A stretch of 64,000 nt of DNA from Prevotella sp. (GTDB taxonomy: Bacteria; Bacteroidota; Bacteroidia; Bacteroidales; Bacteroidaceae): NCBI GenBank assembly GCA_017623155.1, contig JAGAPR010000098.1, positions 6,601-70,600 of the forward strand, in the 5' to 3' direction. Numbering within the stretch: position 1 is the first letter of the stretch; every line of letters starts with the position of its first letter. The notes under the pieces were generated by a model. That model ran no database searches. It saw only the letters and a list, made by a program, of their open reading frames with translations, and was not told the origin of the DNA. Of this stretch, positions 56,365-64,000 are shown in pieces. The position numbers and the translations under genes were made by a program.

Positions 56365-57942
56365 CTATGCGGTCTTGTCCTTGTCATTTTTTACGGTGAG
56401 GACTGCAAGGGCAGCGGCGCGGATTTCGGCGCTTTGGGGGGAGTTGCCGGCCAGAAGCTTCAGGACGCGTTCTATATAGGCGTCCTTGTTAGATAGACCT
56501 ACATGGGCGGCGACGTTGGATGCCGAGAGCATCGATTTATGATTATAGACTTTAAGAATGGCCATGTAGTCGCGGTCAGCGACGAGACGGCGGAAGGCAC
56601 GGCATGTGTTTTCGTATACCGAGCGGGGGTTGAGCTCGATGGTGAGGCGGGCTATATGTTGTTCAAACTGGGCAATAGAATTAAACCGGCCGTCGACACG
56701 GTACTCGACGGTGCGTTTGACATGGTGCCGCGTGTGTTCGAGTGCCTGAGCTTTGAGGTCATGGTCAAACATTGTTATGACAGCGTTTTTGACACGACTG
56801 ACAGCGCGCGCCGGGTCACGGCGGGCAGCAGCGGCGACCGCGGCTATAACACGCGGGAGCATGAAGATGTTCTCGATTTCGGCAACCTCAGGCACCATAA
56901 TCTGTCGTGAGCGCAGGTAGGCGACTTCATTCTCATTGCGACGGTCGCGGTCGACGATACCCATGGCCGTGAGGTGGTGGAAGTCGTTAAGAGCGTTGAA
57001 TGTGCGTGTAGCCTCGATGACACGGTTACAGCTGCCCAGTGACTTGACCGTCATATCGGGAAACAGGAGCGGATATAGCTTGGCGTCTATCGAGCGCGTG
57101 GCATCGCCCTCGACAAACAGCACAGGGCGGCGCGCCCCGATGATTGACATATATATGCCCTCGCTGAGAACTGAGTCGGGACCCAACAGTGAGTATTTCC
57201 AGCTTTCCTTATCAGGGTTGTAAGCCTCCACCCACACTATAGTAGAGCCTTGACGAGAAGCCGCGAACTCCAGGTCGTGAGTGACATATATAAAGCGGCA
57301 GTCGTGGCGCATGGTTTCGAGGCGGTTCCACAGAGCCTGGATTGTCGAGGGGTGCAGAAACATTTCGGGGGAGTCCACAACGATATTTGCGCCTTTGGGA
57401 GCATAGCACAGGGCGCAGGCATAGAACAGGACTGCTTTCTCGCCGTCACTCAGCAGTGGCGCGCCGTAACGCTCATTGGAGCCGGGGCCCCGGAAAAGAA
57501 AGCGACCGCTGTCGACGAGCACATGGCTTTGGGGAAACATCCCCTGCCATAAGTCTATGACACGGTCGAGATGGGATGGAGACCGTCGTGGAATCGAGTC
57601 TGTAGCTTGGCGACGGGCTATCTTGTCGGCGAGCAGGTCGATGAGCTCGTCATGGAGTAGCAGACCTAACAGACGTTCAAGGCGTGTCTGGACCAAAGTG
57701 CGGTTGAACTCGGGCATGGTCGAATTCAACACCCGGGCGTCGATGATGTCCCCGGGGTCGGGAGCACCGGTATGGTAAAGGGCCTCAAGGACGTTGAGCC
57801 GCCAACACGTGGCATTGTCGTGGCACAGCCGCGAAGTGAACAACGATTTACCGGCACCGTTGGCTCCGATGATAACCACACGCCTGACATTGTCGTCGAT
57901 GGTGGCGTGGGAGAGGTCGAGGTTGGTCGGGAGAGTGAGCAT
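56365..57942 (-). CDS. ABC/AAA ATPase + TOPRIM-like (DUF4435-type) protein
   Basis: GANGAGKS, LSDGEK, DSPE..LH, VTHD; FVEG, GIVDRD, EIEN. Confidence 0.75.
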   Translation of the reverse strand: MLTLPTNLDLSHATIDDNVRRVVIIGANGAGKSLFTSRLCHDNATCWRLNVLEALYHTGAPDPGDIIDARVLNSTMPEFNRTLVQTRLERLLGLLLHDELIDLLADKIARRQATDSIPRRSPSHLDRVIDLWQGMFPQSHVLVDSGRFLFRGPGSNERYGAPLLSDGEKAVLFYACALCYAPKGANIVVDSPEMFLHPSTIQALWNRLETMRHDCRFIYVTHDLEFAASRQGSTIVWVEAYNPDKESWKYSLLGPDSVLSEGIYMSIIGARRPVLFVEGDATRSIDAKLYPLLFPDMTVKSLGSCNRVIEATRTFNALNDFHHLTAMGIVDRDRRNENEVAYLRSRQIMVPEVAEIENIFMLPRVIAAVAAAARRDPARAVSRVKNAVITMFDHDLKAQALEHTRHHVKRTVEYRVDGRFNSIAQFEQHIARLTIELNPRSVYENTCRAFRRLVADRDYMAILKVYNHKSMLSASNVAAHVGLSNKDAYIERVLKLLAGNSPQSAEIRAAALAVLTVKNDKDKTA

Positions 57943-57951
57943 GGTATTTTA

Positions 57952-59520
57952 TTATTGGTGTTTGGCTGTTAGTGTTATCAGGGGTATGAGCATTTCCTGT
58001 AATGATATACCGCCGTGTTGGAATGTGTCGGTGTAGTACTGGACGTAGTAGTTGTAGTTGTTGGGATAGGCGAGGAAGTCACGGCCGCGGGCAAATATAT
58101 AGGTCGATGAGACGTTGGGCGTTGGTAGACCATAGCGTCGGGGTGTCTTGATTTCATATACCTGACGGGTGTTGTAACCGAGGTTTTTGCCCACCTTGTA
58201 ACGTAGGTTGGTGTTGGTGTTCTTGTCACCCACGACTTTAACCGGATTGGTGACGCGTATCGAGCCGTGGTCGGTGGTCAGGACAATCTTGAAGCCGGCG
58301 GCCGCGGCACGGCGGAACACCTCGAGTGCCGAGGAATGACGGAACCATGACTCGGTCAACGAGCGGTAAGCGGCCGAGGATGAGGCCAATTCGCGTATCA
58401 TCTTGGACTCGGTGCGGGCATGGGACAGCATGTCTATAAAGTTGAATACCACGACACACAAGTTGTCACCGGCATACTGTTTGAAGTCGCGCAACAGACG
58501 CTCACCGCCTGCTGAGTCGTTGATTTTATGGTAGGACATCTTGACCTGACGGCGATAGCGGTCAAACATCGAGAGTATCAGCGGTGCTTCGTTTAGATTT
58601 TTGCCTTCTTCCGAGTCTTCATCGACCCATAGGTCGGGGAACATGCGCTCGATGCTGTCGGGCATGAGGCCCGAGAAAATGGCATTGCGGGCATACTGGG
58701 TTGCGGTTGGCAGGATTGAGGTATATAACTCTTCCTCAAAGGTAAATGTGTCAGCCAGCAGTGGTTTGACCACGCGCCATTGGTCAAGACGGAAGTTGTC
58801 GATGATAACAAACAGAACCTTGTCGCCGTTGTCAAGCAGAGGGAAAACCCTCTGGGGGAAGACACGCGGAGACATCAGTGGTAGAGACTCATCGGTGTTA
58901 TTGGCGGCAAGTGTCGAGGCCCATGATTCATAGTGACGTGTGACATACTTGTTGAAGGCGGCGTTGGCCTCGTTGAGTTGCATATCCAGGAGCTGATCCA
59001 TTTCAGTGCCGGTGAGCTCCATTTCCCAATGGACGAGTCGCGAGTACAGCTCTTTCCAGTCATCGAGCGACGAAGCCGAGTTGATGGCGTCAGTCAGTGC
59101 CAGGAAGTCGCGGCGATAGTCGGTGGTTGTCTGTTGGGCTACCAGGTCTGAGCTGTGGAGATGCTTCTTCAGGGCGATGAGAATTTGGTTGGGGTTGACC
59201 GGTTTGATAAGGTAGTCGGCGATTTTGTTACCGACGGCCTGGTTCATGATGTTCTCTTCCTCGCTCTTGGTAATCATGATTACGGGTATATGGGGCGAAG
59301 TGAGTTTTATATGTTGTAGAGTCTCGAGACCGGTGAGGCCGGGCATGTTCTCGTCAAGGATGATTAGGTCAAAGTGTCGTTCCTTGACCAGGTCAAGAGC
59401 GTCGCGACCGTTGTTGGCGGTGGTGACGTCATATCCTTTTTTGTCAAGGAACAGTAGATGGGGCTTCAGCAGGTCAATTTCATCATCGGCCCATAGTATG
59501 TTAAAACGTTGTTGAGTCAT
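57952..59520 (-). CDS. porX: T9SS response regulator (receiver + PglZ domain)
   Basis: ILWADDEIDLLKPH, LDENMPG, SILPTATQYARN, TTDHG, FQHGGIS. Confidence 0.9.
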   Translation of the reverse strand: MTQQRFNILWADDEIDLLKPHLLFLDKKGYDVTTANNGRDALDLVKERHFDLIILDENMPGLTGLETLQHIKLTSPHIPVIMITKSEEENIMNQAVGNKIADYLIKPVNPNQILIALKKHLHSSDLVAQQTTTDYRRDFLALTDAINSASSLDDWKELYSRLVHWEMELTGTEMDQLLDMQLNEANAAFNKYVTRHYESWASTLAANNTDESLPLMSPRVFPQRVFPLLDNGDKVLFVIIDNFRLDQWRVVKPLLADTFTFEEELYTSILPTATQYARNAIFSGLMPDSIERMFPDLWVDEDSEEGKNLNEAPLILSMFDRYRRQVKMSYHKINDSAGGERLLRDFKQYAGDNLCVVVFNFIDMLSHARTESKMIRELASSSAAYRSLTESWFRHSSALEVFRRAAAAGFKIVLTTDHGSIRVTNPVKVVGDKNTNTNLRYKVGKNLGYNTRQVYEIKTPRRYGLPTPNVSSTYIFARGRDFLAYPNNYNYYVQYYTDTFQHGGISLQEMLIPLITLTAKHQ

Positions 59521-59541
59521 AGTATCTGAATATGGTGTCGT

Positions 59542-62500
59542 TTATTCCAGGAGAGGGTCGTCATCGCCTTCCGAGCCGGGGTCATAAACCGGTAGAGGAG
59601 CGGGTTTGGGGGTAGGTTTGGGTGTAGGAGTGGGCGTTGGTTTAGGTGTCGGTTTGGGTGTGGGAGAGGGGATGGGAGAGGGTGTTGGTTTTGGAGCCGG
59701 GGTGACAACGGGTTGGGTCTCGGGAGCGGGAGTCGGTGCCGGCTGGGGTTGGATATTTGGTTCAGTCTGTTGGGTCGGTTGTTGCTGTTGCTGGTGTTGG
59801 TGGTGTTGGGTCGGTTCAACCGGTTCAGTCTGTTGGGTCGGTTGTTGTTGTTGCTGTTCCTCGCTGTCGTGGGTCTCGCGTTCCTCGAGTTCTTCGATGG
59901 CCTCATAGGGGAGAATGGAGGACTGGGCGTCGCGGTAGTTTTGCTCATCAAGGAAGCGGAAGTAGGAGTCCAGGCTGGCTCCTGAACTCAGCAGGGCGTC
60001 AAAGTTTTTGGCTGAGATAGGCACCGGACGCACTCCACGTGGCAACTTGAATGTCGGCGAGGCGGCCATTACGCGACGGTAGTGGTTGAGCTCGTCAAGG
60101 TTGTCAAATGGCTTGACTACAATCATGCCTAAGCGGCCAAAGTTCATCGGCTCGATGTCAAAGTCCTTGACTACAAACGAGCTGAAGTTGTGGCGGGCAA
60201 TATCAAACAGCAGTTGGTTGGTAGAGACTTTATCGGTGGGGAACACAAATACCAACAACTGAGCGTCATTATCGTTGAGTTCAAACTGAGGCATGTTCTG
60301 GTCGGCGGTCTTAGTAGAGTCGTTGCTCAGTGAAATTTCCCATATCATGCCTCTCATGTTGCGTCCCGAGGTAGAGTGTAGCTGACGTCCCTGTTGCATG
60401 CCTTTGAGCCATGCCGAGGCGATAGGGGCCACGTCGGTGTTGGGATATTTCTCGAGCATTTCCTTGAGCACGGCGTTGAACTTGTCGCTCTGTCGCTCGG
60501 TGGCGTATGCCAGTGCGTCGAGGAACATGAATTTAGGCATAAGTTTGGTCATTGGGAAGCGGTCGGCTACCTCTTCATACATCTTATGTACCTTGACATT
60601 ATTGTTGTCAAGGTAAGCGTCATAGGCTTGTTGGTATAGTTGTTCCTGTTGCCGGTCCATGACACGCAGGTTGTCAATATAGTCGGGGTTGGTCAATGCT
60701 TGTCCATACTTGGAGTCGGGGAAATCATTGACAATCATCGAGCGGTAGCGCTCGGCCATATTGGTGTTACCCTGCCTCATGAATATGAGGTATAGATTGT
60801 AGTACACATCGAGGCGGTATATGTTGTCGGGATAGCGCGTGAGTAACCGGTCAAACTCGTCCATCGCGGCCTGTGGGTCATCGAGTTTATCCTTGAGTAT
60901 CAGGCCAATATTGTACATGCCTTCTTGAATGACGTCGTTACAGGTAGCTCTCTCGGCGTCGGTCGATGGTATCTGTTTGAGGTAATACTCGGGGTAGTGG
61001 GGGTCATCGGCACGTTTGGCGGCCTCTTTATCTTCGGGCTCAGAGTCTGTCGAGTCCTCGTTTGTTTGATCCTCGTTTTCATCGGTAGTCTCGGCGGTAT
61101 CTCCGCCAAATTCATCGAGCGAGAAAGCGTTCTTATTGCGTCGGCGCCAGTTATCCTCGAGACGGCGGGAGCCCCATCGGCGTTGGAATTCGGTCTTGCC
61201 GGCTGTGCGTGTCGCTTGGTTGTAGAAGTACCACGAGTCGTCGGTGTTAATCTGGAATTGCTGGGTAGGCGCTGATGAAGAGTTCTGGAATTGGGACCCT
61301 TGGGAGTTTTTCTCGGCCTCGTAGGCTTCACGTCGGGCAGCCTCGGCTTCTTCTTTTTCTTTTTTCTTGAGTTGGGCTATCAGAGCCTCGACAATCTCGA
61401 GTTGCTGACCTTTTTCGAGGTATGAGAGTTTGAGCAGAGAGTCCTGAAGGTGGACGTTGCCTGAGTATACTGCCAGTTCGTCGAGGACGTCAGAGCGTCG
61501 TTTGAGAACAGCGATATTCGGGTAGTCATCGGGCAACAATGGCACGGCCTCGGCATAGCAAGGCTGAGCTAACTCAAATTCATGCCGGTCATAGTATAGG
61601 TTGCCCAGAGTGATCTGGGAAATAGCCTTATCGATACCTGAGCGTGTTGATTTTTCGGCGGCCAGGCGATAATTGGCGATAGCTTGTGTGGTGTCTCCAC
61701 GCGACAGGTATAGGTTGCCGATGGCATAGTATATCTGGTCAAGGTATTCTTTGTTGCGGCTATAGCGCGTCATGCGTTTGAGAGCCTTGACCTCGCCCTT
61801 GATATCCGGTCCGTCAAATACTTCTGACTGCTTGATACGGGCGTTGAACTTGGTGCGGTAATTGGCCGAAGATGTCGAGCCGGCTTTGTCAAAGGCTTTA
61901 TATGCCAGGGCTTTGTTGCCAAGTCGTGAGTAAACTTGACCCAATAGAAACCACAGGCGTGTCTTCTGGGCCCCTGAGGCATAGTTTATAGCCTGTCTCA
62001 GGAAGGGAGCCGCGGCTTCATAGTCTTTGTTGTGGATACAGTAGTCGGCGCGCACGTAGTTGTACAGGCCGTTAAGTGTTTTGTTGGTAAGTTGGTCAGG
62101 TTTGACGCGGTCGATGATAGTCTCGGCCTCAAACAGCCAGTCCATGGCTATATAAGAACGCGCCTGCCACAGCCGAGCCTCGGTGACAACCTCGGGTAGC
62201 CATGAAAAGTGACGGGAGGTATAGAAGAAAGTGGCGGCCGCACCGGGAAAGTCACCGTTCATATACTGGGAACGTCCCATCATCAGCCATGCGTTATGGA
62301 TAAACGGGTTGTACTCGTCGCGTTTCATCCATTCCTTATACTTAGGGTCGGAGTTACGTCCGGCCTTACGCTGAGGTTTCTTGGTTATGGATCTCAGCTG
62401 AATAGCTTTCTGGGCTTTTTCTATCGATCGGTTGAAATCACCTGTAGGTTGAGGAGCCTTGTCTTTTCCTCGGGCCTCGGCGGGGTGCATGAACAGTGGT

Positions 62501-62724
62501 GACGAGTAGTCGTCCTCATATTGGCGTTCCATATCGGCGAGAGTCTCTTTGTAGTGACGGTCGCCGTTGTAATAGATGTTGTATCGTGTTATAAAGGCGG
62601 TGTACTGACGTGCGGCGGCGGTGTTTTTTTTACGGGCGTTGCACGCCGACAGTACAGTGATTGCCAGCAGTGCAATCACTGAAAGAGTTAGAATGGTGGA
62701 ATATCGTGAGTGTCGGGCTGTCAT
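59542..62724 (-). CDS. porW: TPR lipoprotein, T9SS component PorW/SprE-like
   Basis: Lipobox LSAC; TRYNIYYNG; WYFYN..F.RRWG.R.LEDNWRR; adjacent to porX. Confidence 0.75.
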   Translation of the reverse strand: MTARHSRYSTILTLSVIALLAITVLSACNARKKNTAAARQYTAFITRYNIYYNGDRHYKETLADMERQYEDDYSSPLFMHPAEARGKDKAPQPTGDFNRSIEKAQKAIQLRSITKKPQRKAGRNSDPKYKEWMKRDEYNPFIHNAWLMMGRSQYMNGDFPGAAATFFYTSRHFSWLPEVVTEARLWQARSYIAMDWLFEAETIIDRVKPDQLTNKTLNGLYNYVRADYCIHNKDYEAAAPFLRQAINYASGAQKTRLWFLLGQVYSRLGNKALAYKAFDKAGSTSSANYRTKFNARIKQSEVFDGPDIKGEVKALKRMTRYSRNKEYLDQIYYAIGNLYLSRGDTTQAIANYRLAAEKSTRSGIDKAISQITLGNLYYDRHEFELAQPCYAEAVPLLPDDYPNIAVLKRRSDVLDELAVYSGNVHLQDSLLKLSYLEKGQQLEIVEALIAQLKKKEKEEAEAARREAYEAEKNSQGSQFQNSSSAPTQQFQINTDDSWYFYNQATRTAGKTEFQRRWGSRRLEDNWRRRNKNAFSLDEFGGDTAETTDENEDQTNEDSTDSEPEDKEAAKRADDPHYPEYYLKQIPSTDAERATCNDVIQEGMYNIGLILKDKLDDPQAAMDEFDRLLTRYPDNIYRLDVYYNLYLIFMRQGNTNMAERYRSMIVNDFPDSKYGQALTNPDYIDNLRVMDRQQEQLYQQAYDAYLDNNNVKVHKMYEEVADRFPMTKLMPKFMFLDALAYATERQSDKFNAVLKEMLEKYPNTDVAPIASAWLKGMQQGRQLHSTSGRNMRGMIWEISLSNDSTKTADQNMPQFELNDNDAQLLVFVFPTDKVSTNQLLFDIARHNFSSFVVKDFDIEPMNFGRLGMIVVKPFDNLDELNHYRRVMAASPTFKLPRGVRPVPISAKNFDALLSSGASLDSYFRFLDEQNYRDAQSSILPYEAIEELEERETHDSEEQQQQQPTQQTEPVEPTQHHQHQQQQQPTQQTEPNIQPQPAPTPAPETQPVVTPAPKPTPSPIPSPTPKPTPKPTPTPTPKPTPKPAPLPVYDPGSEGDDDPLLE
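59590..59860 (-). repeat. Low-complexity PT/PK and polyQ tail of PorW
   Basis: 26-bp duplication at 59759 and 59822; (PT/PK)n. Confidence 0.7.
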
Positions 62725-64000
62725 GCCGTTGTGGGGGATTTCTTTTTATTGGGGTCGTCGGGATAGGAAATGCGTGAGTGGTACATAGTCATCAGACGAC
62801 GGGTGAAGGTGTCTTTAATGGTGCTGACATCGCGGAAGGATAGAGCCGAGTCGTTATGCAGGCCATCGGCAATCTGTGAGTCTATGATTTTGTCAACGAG
62901 TGATTTGATGGCTTCGGGTGTATGTTCTTTTAAGGAACGGGAAGCGGCCTCTACAGCGTCGGCCATCATCAGTACCGAAGCCTCGCGGGTGAGAGGATTT
63001 GGTCCCGGATATGTAAATGGCGCGGGGTCTACATTTTCATCGGGATGTTGTTTGCAGTAGGTGTAGTAGAAGTATTTGGCCTGTCCTTTACCGTGGTGCT
63101 GGGCTATAAAGTCTCTAATGACGGCCGGGAGCCCGGCTTTTTCGGCACGTTTGAGGCCTTCAGAGACGTGAGAGATTATAATTTCGGCGCTTTTGATGGG
63201 CGAGAGGCCGTCGTGGGGGGTGACGCCGTGTTGGTTCTCGGTGAAGAAGATGGGGTTCTTGAGTTTGCCTATGTCATGGTAGAGTGCGCCGGCGCGAGTG
63301 AGCGTGGGGTTGGCACCGATGAGGCGGGCGGCCTCGGCGGCGAGGTTGGACACGGCAATCGAGTGTTGGAATGTGCCCGGACACTCATCGGAGAGTTGTC
63401 TCAGCAGTGGATTGTTGGTGTCTGAAAGCTCGACAAGGGTAACGTTGGAGACAAAACCGAACATACGCTCAATAAGTGACATCAACACGTATGCCATGGC
63501 GGTCAATGCACCGCTCAAGGTCAGTGAGCCTATCATTCTCCAGGAGAAGTTGTCAAACGAGCCGTTGGCCATTACGGTCAATGCGGTGTATGAAATGAGG
63601 TAGGCGCCGATTACCATTGCCGAGGTGCGCAGCAGTTGGGAGCGTTGGCTCAGGTCTCGCAGTGAGTATACGGCGATAGACATGGCTACAAATTGCAGGA
63701 AGATAAACTCGAGGGAGTAGATGGCCATTGGAGCCACTAACAGCGTGGTGACAAATCCTGTCATCAGAGCCACGCGACCGTTGAGGTAGACCAGCAACAG
63801 AATGGGAATGATGACAAGCGGAACGATATAGACTCCCTTGCCGGGAATAAAGGCGTTGAGCAGTGCTTCAAAGACGATAAACAGCCCGATCATCGATAAT
63901 AGAAATATCATGGTCTTGACCGAACGGGTTATCATCGGGTCATAGAAGTAGATATATCCAAGCAGAACAGCCATCAACAACAGCACGTAGAATATCTGAC
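62721..64000 (-). CDS. 7TM-HD phosphohydrolase, 5'-truncated by window edge
   Basis: PGTFQHS, YHDIGK, FTENQ, QHHG, YPGP, ADAVEAASR; TM helices. Confidence 0.85.
   Translation of the reverse strand, partial: QIFYVLLLMAVLLGYIYFYDPMITRSVKTMIFLLSMIGLFIVFEALLNAFIPGKGVYIVPLVIIPILLLVYLNGRVALMTGFVTTLLVAPMAIYSLEFIFLQFVAMSIAVYSLRDLSQRSQLLRTSAMVIGAYLISYTALTVMANGSFDNFSWRMIGSLTLSGALTAMAYVLMSLIERMFGFVSNVTLVELSDTNNPLLRQLSDECPGTFQHSIAVSNLAAEAARLIGANPTLTRAGALYHDIGKLKNPIFFTENQHGVTPHDGLSPIKSAEIIISHVSEGLKRAEKAGLPAVIRDFIAQHHGKGQAKYFYYTYCKQHPDENVDPAPFTYPGPNPLTREASVLMMADAVEAASRSLKEHTPEAIKSLVDKIIDSQIADGLHNDSALSFRDVSTIKDTFTRRLMTMYHSRISYPDDPNKKKSPTTA

Overview
Bacteroidales (Muribaculaceae-like, inferred from protein families) chromosome with two phage-type elements in tandem at the 3' end of tRNA-Ser(TGA) (52796-52880, minus strand). 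(1) 1-5239: right end of a lower-GC prophage-like element (tail-type genes plus a tyrosine integrase). (2) 5240-52807: an apparently complete ~47.6-kb siphovirus-type prophage bounded by the 13-bp repeat GCGGAGAGAGAGG, with lysogeny, recombination/replication, packaging, head, tail and lysis modules. It carries a complete diversity-generating retroelement (DGR): a C-type-lectin-fold target with VR 48677-48790, an 11-bp hairpin, a non-Avd-looking accessory ORF, TR 49261-49374 and an RT. All 21 TR/VR mismatches fall at TR adenines, although the RT departs from several usual DGR motif residues. Other oddities: a MuF protein with a C-terminal HExxH domain facing an antisense two-gene operon; a PLD-like gene followed by an unannotated 34-aa peptide ending EEDLPF (SSB-tail-like); a tRNA-like RNA whose anticodon loop is replaced by a hairpin; a palindromic operator at three late promoters; a spacing-conserved non-coding element present twice; and a -1 frameshifted tail chaperone. 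(3) 52881-64000: host genes nadB, DUF4294-like, xerD, ATPase-TOPRIM, porX, porW/sprE and a 7TM-HD hydrolase. All calls come from reading motifs and synteny by eye; no database searches were run.
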